This document shows positions 9,293 through 19,011 of a stretch of 64,000 nucleotides of DNA, piece after piece; position 1 is the first letter of the stretch; every line of letters starts with the position of its first letter. The DNA comes from Patescibacteria group bacterium (lineage in GTDB: Bacteria > Patescibacteriota > Patescibacteriia > UBA1558 > GWA2-36-10). The notes below the pieces were generated by a model. It saw only the letters and a program-made list of their open reading frames with translations, was not told the DNA's origin and did not search any database. The stretch spans positions 68,181 to 132,180 of the forward strand of contig JBAZSG010000005.1 of assembly GCA_041662585.1 (NCBI GenBank). The letters run 5' to 3'. The translations under genes and the position numbers were made by a program.

Positions 9293-12136
9293 ATGGATAT
9301 TATTAATTTAGTAATAGCTATTGTTCTATTATCAAACGCCCTGTTAGGTTTTTTTATATATAAAAATAATAGTAGGGCACTTGTTAATAGAAGTTATATT
9401 TTTGTTATTATAACCATATTATTTTGGGGAGTAGGCATGATATTTTATCGCATGGTTGATCAAGAATATGTGACACTATGGTGTAAGTTATTATACACAT
9501 TTGCAACATTTACTACTCCAACTTTTTTAATTTTTTCTTTTATATTTCCAAAAGGGAAATTACCATCAAAAAAAGAGATATTTATAATGGTGATATTTTT
9601 TATTGTTATAAATTATCTAATTTTATTTTCAGATGCTATTATTAGTAGTGCGGAAATTCCTAAACAAGGAGAAAATATTATTCATTTTGGTAATATTTAT
9701 TATTTGTATGTTCTTTATTTTTTTTCACACTTTTTTTATGCTTTTGCTAAGTTATTTTTTAAAATGCGAAAATCTAATGGTGTGCAAAAAGTACAAATTA
9801 AGTATGTTTTTTTAGGTTATTTTATAGCTACAAATTTAGCATTTGCAACAAACTTGACATTACCTTGGGCTGGAATTTTTGTGTATAATTGGGCAGGTCA
9901 AGTTTTAACTATTATCATGGTAGGTTTTACCACTTATGCTATAATAAAATACCGTTTAATGAATATACGACTTATTATCACGCGTAGTATTTTATATGCC
10001 GTATTAGTAGGTGCAGTAGCAGCTTTTTTTGCCCTATCTGTAATAGTAGTCGGTGAATTGATTGGTGGTAATACTAGAAGTAGTAAAATAATTACTTATA
10101 TTGCTACATCATTTATAGTGGTGATATTTTTGGAACCAGTCAAAAGAACTTGGGCCAAACTAACTGATAATATTTTTTATAAAGACAAGGTTGATTATCA
10201 GGAAGTATTGCGTCAAGTAGGTAATGTAGTAGCAAGGGAGATTGATTTATATAAATTATTAAAAGGCACTAGCCAATTATTAGCAGAAAAATTAAAAATC
10301 AAACAAATATCGTCTTTCGTACCAAATACTCAGGGGGAATTTCATCTTTTGGCCAGCTCAGTCAAAAAAGAGCTTGATATAGTTTTAGTCAATGATGTAG
10401 TAAATTATTTGCAAACTAATAAGAGGATTTTAATTGTTGAGGAGTTAATTAGAGATTTGGGTGGGCTAGATGAAAAATTTGAAAAGTATAAGATTTTAGA
10501 TAATTTTGTTAGTAGCGCAGAAAAGCAAAGAATAGAAATGGTAGTGCCGATAGTAGAATCAGATAATTTGACAGCTATATTGATTTTTGATGCTAAACAA
10601 TCAGGTGATCTTTATGCACAGGATGATATAAATTTTTTGGAGTTACTGAGTCCACAGATTGCCACAGCTATTGAAAAATCTAAGCTTTATGAAGAAGTAG
10701 AAGAACTTAATAAAGAATTGCAGAAAAAGGTAGAAGATAGGACCAAGAGTCTCAAAGAGGCCAATATTGCTCTAGAAGATAGAAACAAGTTTTTGACTAC
10801 TATTCAGGTCGTGACCAATAATATTACTCGTACTCTTAACTTGAAAAAGGTCAACCAAATGATTGCTGATAGTATAGCTAGTGAAGTGGGTTATATCGGC
10901 GGTATGCTTAGTTTTGTTGATTCTAGCGGTAAGTATTTAAAAGTAGGAGCTATTACCAACAATGAACAATCTAGAAAAGCTTTTCATATTTTATCTAAAG
11001 AGCCTAGAGATTATGCCACAAAAATAGAAATTGATTACAACTTAGGAGCTCAGACTTTTTTGACCGGCAAGATAAATTTTTCTGACAAGCTGTCCGATTT
11101 CCTTTGTCCGCCAGTTGATAAAAAGGAAATAGAGGAGATTCAGCAGATATTGGGTATAAAAACCATAGTGGGTATACCGGTATTTTCAGAGGCCAAAATT
11201 ATCGGCGTGATTCATTTTTATTTGGCAGTTAAGCGAGAAAAAATATCTTCTCTAGATATAGAGATTATGACAGCTTTGGCCAACCAAGTTGGTATAGTGT
11301 TTCGTAACCTAAAATTATACAATACTTTGCAGGGTGCCAATGCTGAACTTCAAGATGCCAATACCAAACTTAGAGAATTGGATAAAGCCAAATCAGAGTT
11401 TTTGTCAATTGCGTCACACCAATTGCGTACACCAATTTCAGCTATCAAAGGTTATCTTTCTATGATTATTGATGGTGATTTTGGTAAAATACCCAAAAGC
11501 ATTGATGAGGTAATTAGAAATATATTTGAAAGCTCAGCTCGTTTGGCTAGGCTTATAAATATTTTCTTAAATGTCAGTCGTATTGAGTCTGGTAGATTAA
11601 AATTGGATAAAAGACCAATTCAGATAAATGATTTGATAAAAGGGGTTATTGTTGAGCTTATCAATCAAGCCAAACAAAAAGGATTGAAACTGGAATATAA
11701 GAAAAAGAAACAAGATCCACCACTTATTTTTGCTGATGCTGATAAACTGAGAGAAGTAGTGCTTAATTTGATAGACAACGCTATCAAATATACCCCAGAA
11801 GGCTCTATTATCGTGACAGTAGATTCAGATGATAAGGAATTAAATTTTAGAGTAAAAGATACTGGTATTGGTATTAAAAAAGAAGAGGCCAAATCATTGT
11901 TTAGAAAATTTGTCAGAGGCTCTGGTGTAGCTCAAATTCATACTGGAGGCTCTGGATTGGGATTGTTTATTGCTCAAAAGATTATCAAAGAACATGATGG
12001 TATGGTATGGGCTGAGAGCGAAGGTAGTGGCAAAGGGTCTTTGTTTCAATTTACTATTCCTGTTTATAAAAAGCATGATGTGCCAGCTTATAAAGAAGAA
12101 GCAAAAGAAGGTATGTCTTCTGACTTGTCCTCATAA
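9293..12136 (+). CDS. Sensor histidine kinase (7TM N-terminal domain, GAF domains, coiled coil, HisKA, HATPase_c)
   Basis: N-terminal multi-TM region homologous to the standalone 7TM genes. H-box SHQLRTPISAIKGY. C-terminal ATPase G-boxes GIGIKKEE / GGSGLGL. Confidence 0.9.
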   Translation: MDIINLVIAIVLLSNALLGFFIYKNNSRALVNRSYIFVIITILFWGVGMIFYRMVDQEYVTLWCKLLYTFATFTTPTFLIFSFIFPKGKLPSKKEIFIMVIFFIVINYLILFSDAIISSAEIPKQGENIIHFGNIYYLYVLYFFSHFFYAFAKLFFKMRKSNGVQKVQIKYVFLGYFIATNLAFATNLTLPWAGIFVYNWAGQVLTIIMVGFTTYAIIKYRLMNIRLIITRSILYAVLVGAVAAFFALSVIVVGELIGGNTRSSKIITYIATSFIVVIFLEPVKRTWAKLTDNIFYKDKVDYQEVLRQVGNVVAREIDLYKLLKGTSQLLAEKLKIKQISSFVPNTQGEFHLLASSVKKELDIVLVNDVVNYLQTNKRILIVEELIRDLGGLDEKFEKYKILDNFVSSAEKQRIEMVVPIVESDNLTAILIFDAKQSGDLYAQDDINFLELLSPQIATAIEKSKLYEEVEELNKELQKKVEDRTKSLKEANIALEDRNKFLTTIQVVTNNITRTLNLKKVNQMIADSIASEVGYIGGMLSFVDSSGKYLKVGAITNNEQSRKAFHILSKEPRDYATKIEIDYNLGAQTFLTGKINFSDKLSDFLCPPVDKKEIEEIQQILGIKTIVGIPVFSEAKIIGVIHFYLAVKREKISSLDIEIMTALANQVGIVFRNLKLYNTLQGANAELQDANTKLRELDKAKSEFLSIASHQLRTPISAIKGYLSMIIDGDFGKIPKSIDEVIRNIFESSARLARLINIFLNVSRIESGRLKLDKRPIQINDLIKGVIVELINQAKQKGLKLEYKKKKQDPPLIFADADKLREVVLNLIDNAIKYTPEGSIIVTVDSDDKELNFRVKDTGIGIKKEEAKSLFRKFVRGSGVAQIHTGGSGLGLFIAQKIIKEHDGMVWAESEGSGKGSLFQFTIPVYKKHDVPAYKEEAKEGMSSDLSS

Positions 12137-12148
12137 AAAAATTAAAAA

Positions 12149-12190
12149 ATCGCTCACAATAGCTTTTGGCTTGGGTGAGCGATTTTTTAT
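12149..12190 (+). terminator. Rho-independent terminator after the kinase gene
   Basis: TCGCTCAC .. GTGAGCGA 8-bp stem followed by TTTTTTAT. Confidence 0.55.
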
Positions 12191-12463
12191 ATTTTCCCTA
12201 GGAAAAATTAGTGTTGCGCGATAGCCTTTATCACGCATAGCAGTAAGAGCAATCCCAGTTTGGATATGCTCCACCATATGGCAAATTTGCCAATGGTATC
12301 ATGAACATCATGTTTATTTTTCAAAAATTCCTCCTAGAATATATATGAGTGAGTTTATTTACAACGTTGTAAAAAAGAACATAATACAGATTTTCAGTAT
12401 ATCATCATATCATAAAGCAGTCAATGGTTTTTTTTAAATCACTATTTCCAAAAATCATATAAA

Positions 12464-12474
12464 AATGTTATAAT
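12464..12474 (+). promoter_or_regulatory. Extended -10 promoter element (TGTTATAAT) for the 12515/pgk operon
   Basis: TGnTATAAT match about 40 nt upstream of the 12515 start. Confidence 0.4.
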
Positions 12475-12514
12475 ACTCATACACTTTTAATAAAAATAAT
12501 AAATTTTTAACGGG

Positions 12515-12883
12515 ATGAAAAAGGAATATATAAGCATTTTTTTATTAATAATTGCCATACTTTTAGGCATTATTTTTTATTTTAACTCTCGACCAGTAGA
12601 AAATAAAAATATTTTGCAATATACAGTTGGCTGTGCTTCTGACAAGATAGATGCTTCAGTTTATAGTCTGGAGGGCAATACTAGTCGTATAGGGGCTTTG
12701 ATTAGTTTTAATGATGTACCTATTAGTGAAGAAACTAGAGCTGAGTTGACCAAACTAGGCGTGATTTTATCAGAAGATTCTTGGATATTTGATTATGCTT
12801 TGGCTGAGATTCCTACTGAGTCTCTTTGTGCTTTGGCTGACTATGACTTTGTCCAAAGTGTCTTTATACCAAAGACCAATTAA
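12515..12883 (+). CDS. Hypothetical membrane-anchored protein
   Basis: 122-aa ORF with an N-terminal TM anchor. Bounded by a ~20-bp direct repeat of the pgk start context. Confidence 0.5.
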   Translation: MKKEYISIFLLIIAILLGIIFYFNSRPVENKNILQYTVGCASDKIDASVYSLEGNTSRIGALISFNDVPISEETRAELTKLGVILSEDSWIFDYALAEIPTESLCALADYDFVQSVFIPKTN

Positions 12884-12905
12884 TTTTATTAAAATTTTTA
12901 ACGGG

Positions 12906-14066
12906 ATGAAATTAAGAACTATTGATCAAATAAAAAATTTAAAAGGTAAAAGAGTGTTACTTCGTTTAGAATTAAATATTCCTTTTGCTGATGGCAAAGT
13001 TGATAAAGAAGATTCTAGACGTTTAGAAAAGTCTCTTCCGACTATTAAATACCTAGTGTCTAAAAAAGCTAAAGTTATTATAGTAGCTCATTTAGGTAGG
13101 CCTGATGGAAAAGTAGTACCTAGCTTGTCTATGCTGTCAGTATCAACGTATTTATCTAAGTTGATAAAGAAAAATATTGAATTCTGGGCTAATGATTTTA
13201 GAGATTATATAGATGATAGTTTAGCTATGAAAGAATCTAGTATTGCTATGATAGAAAATATTCGCTTTGAGCCTGGTGAGAAAAAAGATAGTAGCAAATT
13301 AGCTAAGGATCTTAGCAAGTTAGCAGATATTTATGTAGATGATGCTTTTGGCAATATTCATAGACAAGATGCCTCTATGCATGCTATTTGTGACTTTTTA
13401 CCTTCTTATGCTGGGTTATTAGTAGCTGATGAAGTAAAACAATTGTCTAGTACGTATAAAAAAACCAATGGCTTAGTATATATATTTGGAGGAGTTAAAG
13501 TAGAAACTAAGCTTAAGTTAGTGGAGAAAGTGATGCATAAGGCAGAAGCCATCTTAACTGGTGGTCCTTTAGCTTCTACATTACTTAAAGCAGCTGGGTA
13601 TAATGTTGGTCAGTCTTTAGTAGATGATAAATATATAAAATTAGGTAAGAAGTTGTTAGGTAAAAAAGTTTTAATTCCAGTAGATGTACATACGGCTAGT
13701 AGTTTACAAGCTAAGAAATATAAAGTATTAACAGTAGATAATATTTCTAGCAATAGTCGTATTTTAGATATAGGTCCACAAACTTTAATGGAATACAAGA
13801 GAATATTAAAGAAGTCTAAGTTGGTTGTTTGGAATGGTCCTTTGGGTTATTTTGAAAACCGTCAGTTTGTCTATGGCTCTCGGGAAATAATGAAGTATTT
13901 GGCTAGTTTAAAAATAGACGTTATCTTAGGTGGAGGAGAGACAGCGGAATTAGCTGAGGAATTAGGACTAGATAAAAAATTTAAATTCATATCTACCGGT
14001 GGTGGTGCTATGCTGACATTTTTAGGTGGAGCTAAAATGCCATCTTTGGAAAGACTTAAAAAATAA
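12906..14066 (+). CDS. pgk: Phosphoglycerate kinase
   Basis: MKLRTIDQIKNLKGKRVLLRLELNIP.. is PGK-like throughout. Start moved to the internal ATG at 12906; the track's 12789 start overlaps the upstream gene. Confidence 0.9.
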   Translation: MKLRTIDQIKNLKGKRVLLRLELNIPFADGKVDKEDSRRLEKSLPTIKYLVSKKAKVIIVAHLGRPDGKVVPSLSMLSVSTYLSKLIKKNIEFWANDFRDYIDDSLAMKESSIAMIENIRFEPGEKKDSSKLAKDLSKLADIYVDDAFGNIHRQDASMHAICDFLPSYAGLLVADEVKQLSSTYKKTNGLVYIFGGVKVETKLKLVEKVMHKAEAILTGGPLASTLLKAAGYNVGQSLVDDKYIKLGKKLLGKKVLIPVDVHTASSLQAKKYKVLTVDNISSNSRILDIGPQTLMEYKRILKKSKLVVWNGPLGYFENRQFVYGSREIMKYLASLKIDVILGGGETAELAEELGLDKKFKFISTGGGAMLTFLGGAKMPSLERLKK

Positions 14067-14067
14067 T

Positions 14068-15339
14068 ATGCCTGACAAGATTAAAAAAATTACAGCTATA
14101 GAAATACTAGATTCACGTGGTAATCCTACTTTGGAAACCACAGTAGAATTAAACAATGGCATATCAGCTAGTGCAGCTGTGCCATCAGGAGCATCAACTG
14201 GGCGTTTTGAAGCTCATGAGCTCAGAGACGGTGATAAAAGTAGATACAATGGCAAAGGTGTGCTCAAAGCTATTGCTAATGTCAATGATATTTTGGATAA
14301 AGCCTTAAAAGGCATATCAGTCAGTCAACAGGCCAAGATTGACAACTTGATGATCAAGCTTGATGGCAGTAAAAATAAGAGCAATTTAGGAGCCAACGCT
14401 ATCTTATCTGTTTCTTTGGCTGTAGCTCATGCTGCTGCCAATTATCACAAAAAAGAGCTATATGAATATTTGCGTTCTTTGTATGATCCAAAATTGACTG
14501 ATTACAAATTGCCTACGCCAGTAGTCAATGTGATAAATGGTGGAGCGCATGCTTCGACCAATATAAATATTCAAGAATTTTGGTTGGTACCAGAAAAGGC
14601 AGGTCTTTTTTCTGAAAAACTTCGCCAAGCTAGTGAAATATTTCATGTTTTGGGAGAGCATTTAGAAGCAGCTGGCTATGATACAGACCTTGGCAATGAA
14701 GGTGGCTATGCTCCAAATGTAAAATCACACAAACAAGTATTTGAATTTATAATACAAGCTATTGAAGCTAGTGGTTACAGAGCAGGGGAAGATATATTTT
14801 TGGGTATTGATGCGGGAGCTTCAGAGTTTTATGATGACAAACAAAAAGTATATCAGCTAAAGTTGGAAGCCAAAGATTTTTCCGGAGAAGATTTGATAGA
14901 TTTTTATTTTGATTTGATGGAAATGTATCCATTGACCTTGATTGAAGACCCATTGGATCAAGAAGCTTGGGAAGATTGGGCTGATATTACTAAAGATCAA
15001 TTTATCAAAACAAATAATATCAAAATTATTGGAGATGATCTTTTTGTGACCAATATAACTAGATTAAAAAAAGGTGTAGAGCTAGGTGTAGCCAACAGTA
15101 TTTTGATAAAATTTAATCAAATAGGTACACTGACCGAAACACTGGAGACCATCCGCTATGCTAGAGAGCACAATTACAAAGTAATTGTTTCTCATAGAAG
15201 TGGAGAGACTTCAGATACCACTATTGCGGATTTGTCAGTAGCGGTCAATGCTGATTATATCAAGACTGGTTCCACAGCTCGAGGTGAGCGAATTGCCAAA
15301 TACAATAGACTATTAAAAATAGAACGAAAGTTAAAATAA
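14068..15339 (+). CDS. eno: Enolase
   Basis: ITAIEILDSRGNPTLE, SHRSGETSDTTIADL. Start at the internal ATG 14068. Confidence 0.93.
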   Translation: MPDKIKKITAIEILDSRGNPTLETTVELNNGISASAAVPSGASTGRFEAHELRDGDKSRYNGKGVLKAIANVNDILDKALKGISVSQQAKIDNLMIKLDGSKNKSNLGANAILSVSLAVAHAAANYHKKELYEYLRSLYDPKLTDYKLPTPVVNVINGGAHASTNINIQEFWLVPEKAGLFSEKLRQASEIFHVLGEHLEAAGYDTDLGNEGGYAPNVKSHKQVFEFIIQAIEASGYRAGEDIFLGIDAGASEFYDDKQKVYQLKLEAKDFSGEDLIDFYFDLMEMYPLTLIEDPLDQEAWEDWADITKDQFIKTNNIKIIGDDLFVTNITRLKKGVELGVANSILIKFNQIGTLTETLETIRYAREHNYKVIVSHRSGETSDTTIADLSVAVNADYIKTGSTARGERIAKYNRLLKIERKLK

Positions 15340-15342
15340 TAT

Positions 15343-16908
15343 ATGTCAAATATAAAAAAAACAAATTTACCACTGTTACTTTTGATACTAGATGGTTGGG
15401 GTATTTGGAACAAAAAGAAAGGCAATGCTATTGCCAAAGCTAAGACACCAGTCATAGATAGTCTTTACAAAAAATATCCCAATACATTATTACAAGCTTC
15501 ATCCAAAGATGTTGGCTTACCAAGTGGTCAACCAGGTAATTCAGAGGCTGGCCATATGAATATTGGTGCTGGACGAGTAGTAGAGCAAGACGCAGTGATA
15601 ATATCCAAAAGTATAAACAATGGCACCTTTTTTAAAAATCCAGCTTTTTTACAAGCGGCTCGACATGCTACAGAAAATAACTCAGATATACATTTGATGG
15701 GCTTGCTTTCAGATGGCTCTAGTCCTCATTCAGACAATGATCATCTTTTGGCTTTGCTTAGTTTTTTTATAAGTCGTACTAAACAAAATATTTATCTTCA
15801 TTTTTTTACTGATGGTCGTGATTCACCCCAGTTTGCTGCTCTAAAAGTACTTAGTCAATATGTTAGTATTTTTGATACCAATAGAGTAAAAGTTGCGACT
15901 ATTATGGGTCGTTTTTATGCTATGGATCGAAAAAAATCATGGACCAGGACAAAACTAGCTTTTGATGCTCTGGCCAGAGGAAAGGGTAATACAGCTACCA
16001 GCCCAGTAGAAGCTATCAATACGGCCTACAACAGAGGCGAGAGTGATGAGTTTATAAAACCTTGTGTTATAGTAGATGCCAAGAAAAAACCAATTGGACC
16101 CATAAAGACCAATGACTCTTTGATTTTTTTCAATCTTAGATCTGATAGAGCTAGGCAGTTGACCAAAGTTTTTGCTCAGAATGATTTTTTCAAAAAAAAC
16201 CAAAAGTCTTTTAAGTTGGGCAAAAAAATAGACAATTTATTATTTGTCGCTTTGACTGATTTTGGACCTGACTTGGAAAGAGTGCTGACAGCTTATCCGG
16301 GTATTGATATTGCTGATACTTTACCAATGACTTTAAAGGATTTGAGGCAATGTTATATTTCAGAAACAGAAAAGTATGCTCATGTTACATATTTTTTTAA
16401 CGGCGGTTATGATCATTCATTAGCAGGAGAGGATTGGATAAATATTCCCTCCAAAAATGTAGCTTCTTATGCCGAAGCACCAGAGATGAGTACCAATGAA
16501 ATCGCCAATCGGATAATTTTGGATCTCAAAAATGATAAATATGATTTTGTTTTAGCCAATTTCGCTGCACCAGATATGGTAGGGCACACTGGCGATTTAA
16601 AAGCTGGTATCAAAGCAGTAGAAGTCGTGGATAAGGCAGTAGGTGAACTAGTCAAAACTATTTTGGCCAAAGACGGCACAATTATTATTACTGCCGATCA
16701 TGGTAATGTAGAAGAAATGATCAATTTAAAAACAGATGAAATAGATACTGAGCATTCTACCAATCCAGTACCTTTTGTTATTGTAAATCATCATAATTTT
16801 AAATTAATAAAAAATGGTAAGTTGGCCAATATTGCTCCAACTGTTTTAGATATATTAAATATAAAAAAATCTCGGTTGATGACTGAGAAAAGCTTAATTA
16901 TCAAATAA
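15343..16908 (+). CDS. gpmI: 2,3-bisphosphoglycerate-independent phosphoglycerate mutase (copy 1)
   Basis: LILDGWGI, catalytic-Ser context GNSEAGH, VTYFFNGG, DMVGHTG, TADHGN. Confidence 0.88.
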   Translation: MSNIKKTNLPLLLLILDGWGIWNKKKGNAIAKAKTPVIDSLYKKYPNTLLQASSKDVGLPSGQPGNSEAGHMNIGAGRVVEQDAVIISKSINNGTFFKNPAFLQAARHATENNSDIHLMGLLSDGSSPHSDNDHLLALLSFFISRTKQNIYLHFFTDGRDSPQFAALKVLSQYVSIFDTNRVKVATIMGRFYAMDRKKSWTRTKLAFDALARGKGNTATSPVEAINTAYNRGESDEFIKPCVIVDAKKKPIGPIKTNDSLIFFNLRSDRARQLTKVFAQNDFFKKNQKSFKLGKKIDNLLFVALTDFGPDLERVLTAYPGIDIADTLPMTLKDLRQCYISETEKYAHVTYFFNGGYDHSLAGEDWINIPSKNVASYAEAPEMSTNEIANRIILDLKNDKYDFVLANFAAPDMVGHTGDLKAGIKAVEVVDKAVGELVKTILAKDGTIIITADHGNVEEMINLKTDEIDTEHSTNPVPFVIVNHHNFKLIKNGKLANIAPTVLDILNIKKSRLMTEKSLIIK

Positions 16909-16933
16909 ATATAAATATTGAATTAATTGAAAT

Positions 16934-18511
16934 ATGACAAGACCTCGCCCTGTAGCCCTCATAATATTAGATGGTTTTGGTATTGCTCCAGCTTCTAGAG
17001 CAAATGCTATTTCTTTGGCCAAAACACCAAATTTTGATAAATATTCTCAAAATTATCCCATAATGCCACTAGCTGCTAGTGGTGAAGCAGTTGGTCTTTC
17101 TTGGGGTGAAATGGGCAATTCTCAAGTAGGTCATCTTTCTTTGGGCTCAGGTGTTATTCCTTATCAAAATTTACCTCGTATTACCAAGGCTATTAATGAT
17201 GGAGAATTTTATAAAAACGAAACCTTTATCAAGGCTTGTGACATTGCCAAGCAAGGTGAGGCAGCTCTACACATTATTGGTTTGGTAAGCTCAGGAGGTA
17301 TTCATAGTTACAATGAGCATTTGTATGCTTTGATAGATTTGGCTCATCAGCAAAAAGTAGAAAGACTTTATATTCATGCTTTTTTAGATGGGCGTGATAC
17401 ACCTTACAATAGTGGTCTTAATTTTATTGCCAAATTGGAAGAAAAACTTAAACAAGTTGGTATCGGGACTATTGCCAGTTTAAGTGGTCGTTTTTGGGCC
17501 ATGGATAGAGATAATCGTTGGGATAGGATAGCCAAAGCTTGGCAAGCTATGGTTGATGGAGAATCTACAAACAAATTTAAAGATCCGCTCGTTGCTATAC
17601 AAAAATCTTATGATAAAAAAATCTACGATGAAGAATTTGAACCAACGGTTATATTAAATGATTTAGAAAAACCAAAAGGTAATATCAAAGATGGTGATAG
17701 TGTCATATTTTTTAATTTTAGATCAGATAGAGCTCGTCAGCTTACGCAAGCTTTTGTTTTACCTGGTTTTGAAAAATTCAAAAGACCATATTTTAAAAAA
17801 CTTTTTATGGTGACTATGATTGAATATGAAAAAGATTTGCCACTGACAGTAGCTTTTCCTCCCCTAAGTATAAATATGCCTTTAGCTAGGGTATTATCTG
17901 AAGCTGGTCTCAAACAATTACATATTGCCGAGACAGAAAAATATGCCCATGTTACTTATTTTTTTAATGGTGGTAACGAAACAATATACGAAGGGGAAGA
18001 TAGATTGCTGATACCTTCGCCTCAAGTGACTTCTTATGATCAAAAACCAGCTATGTCAGCTAGAGAAGTGACTTCAAAAATAAATCAAGCTGTCAAGGAG
18101 GGTAAATATGATTTTATTGTGGCCAATTATGCCAATCCAGATATGGTGGGGCACACTGGCAATATGCAGGCGACTATTGAGGCTATAGAGATATTGGATC
18201 AACTAGTTGGAGAGGTAGTAGATACTGTCTTATCTTATAATGGATTGGTATTAATTACAGCTGACCATGGTAATGCCGAAAAGCTTTATGATTTGCAAAG
18301 TGGAGAAATCAACAAGACGCATTCCAACAATCCAGTACCACTTTTTATTATTGGGGATGATTTTGTTGGCAAAAGCGTTTTGGCTGGTAATGTTGGTACG
18401 GATATTAGTCATGTAACACCGGTAGGAGTATTGGCTGATGTACCACCAACAATATTAAAAATTATGGGTATCAAAAAACCAGCCGAGATGACTGGTAGTT
18501 CATTGATTTAA
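16934..18511 (+). CDS. gpmI: 2,3-bisphosphoglycerate-independent phosphoglycerate mutase (copy 2, divergent tandem paralog)
   Basis: IILDGFGIA, GNSQVGH, VTYFFNGG, DMVGHTG, TADHGN. Confidence 0.88.
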   Translation: MTRPRPVALIILDGFGIAPASRANAISLAKTPNFDKYSQNYPIMPLAASGEAVGLSWGEMGNSQVGHLSLGSGVIPYQNLPRITKAINDGEFYKNETFIKACDIAKQGEAALHIIGLVSSGGIHSYNEHLYALIDLAHQQKVERLYIHAFLDGRDTPYNSGLNFIAKLEEKLKQVGIGTIASLSGRFWAMDRDNRWDRIAKAWQAMVDGESTNKFKDPLVAIQKSYDKKIYDEEFEPTVILNDLEKPKGNIKDGDSVIFFNFRSDRARQLTQAFVLPGFEKFKRPYFKKLFMVTMIEYEKDLPLTVAFPPLSINMPLARVLSEAGLKQLHIAETEKYAHVTYFFNGGNETIYEGEDRLLIPSPQVTSYDQKPAMSAREVTSKINQAVKEGKYDFIVANYANPDMVGHTGNMQATIEAIEILDQLVGEVVDTVLSYNGLVLITADHGNAEKLYDLQSGEINKTHSNNPVPLFIIGDDFVGKSVLAGNVGTDISHVTPVGVLADVPPTILKIMGIKKPAEMTGSSLI

Positions 18512-18515
18512 TGTT

Positions 18516-18950
18516 TTATATTAGTGTTATCAACAATAAATAAGTAGTAACTATAGAGACCAAGAAACCAGTTAATATTTCGGCATTGGTATGACCAAAG
18601 CGTTCATTTAAAACGGGGAATTTATAACCTTCTGTAGCAGGTAATTTTTTTATTAGATGATTGATAATAGCGGCTTGTTTGCCTATTTTTCGTCTGATGC
18701 CAGCGGCATCTTTTACTATGACAATAGCCATGATTAGCGATATAGCAAATTCTGGGGAGCTAAAACCCTGAAAATAAGCCATAGTAATAAGTAGCGAAGT
18801 AGCCAAGGCAGTATGAGATGAGGGCATACCACCGTAGGAAAATATTTGAGGCCAAGAAAATTCGCCTTTTACTGCTAAAACAAGCAATTTTATTATTTGA
18901 TTTATTACTAGAGCCAAAACAGGGATAAGGAAAAACTTGTATTCATGCAT
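18516..18950 (-). CDS. Divergent PAP2-family (DUF212) membrane protein
   Basis: GGMPSSHTALATSL motif characteristic of divergent PAP2 / acid phosphatase-like family; 144 aa. Confidence 0.7.
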   Translation of the reverse strand: MHEYKFFLIPVLALVINQIIKLLVLAVKGEFSWPQIFSYGGMPSSHTALATSLLITMAYFQGFSSPEFAISLIMAIVIVKDAAGIRRKIGKQAAIINHLIKKLPATEGYKFPVLNERFGHTNAEILTGFLVSIVTTYLLLITLI

Positions 18951-19011
18951 ATTTGATATTTTAAGTATATTATTATAGTCTTATTATAACAGAAAAATAA
19001 AGTAATTAAAA

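Noticed and set aside
12306-12311. Minus-strand 25-codon ORF MMFMIPLANLPYGGAYPNWDCSYCYA as a RiPP-like precursor.
   Set aside because: The SD-like AGGAGG lies 18 nt from the first ATG, which is too far. There is no partner modification enzyme nearby. Retained only as a note under the palindrome finding.
12789-12905. Track start codons for pgk (12789), eno (14026), rplU (35473), ybaB (36920) and the P-type ATPase (40507).
   Set aside because: The upstream extensions overlap neighbouring genes or promoters and encode hydrophobic junk. Conserved N-termini begin at the internal ATGs used in the feature table.
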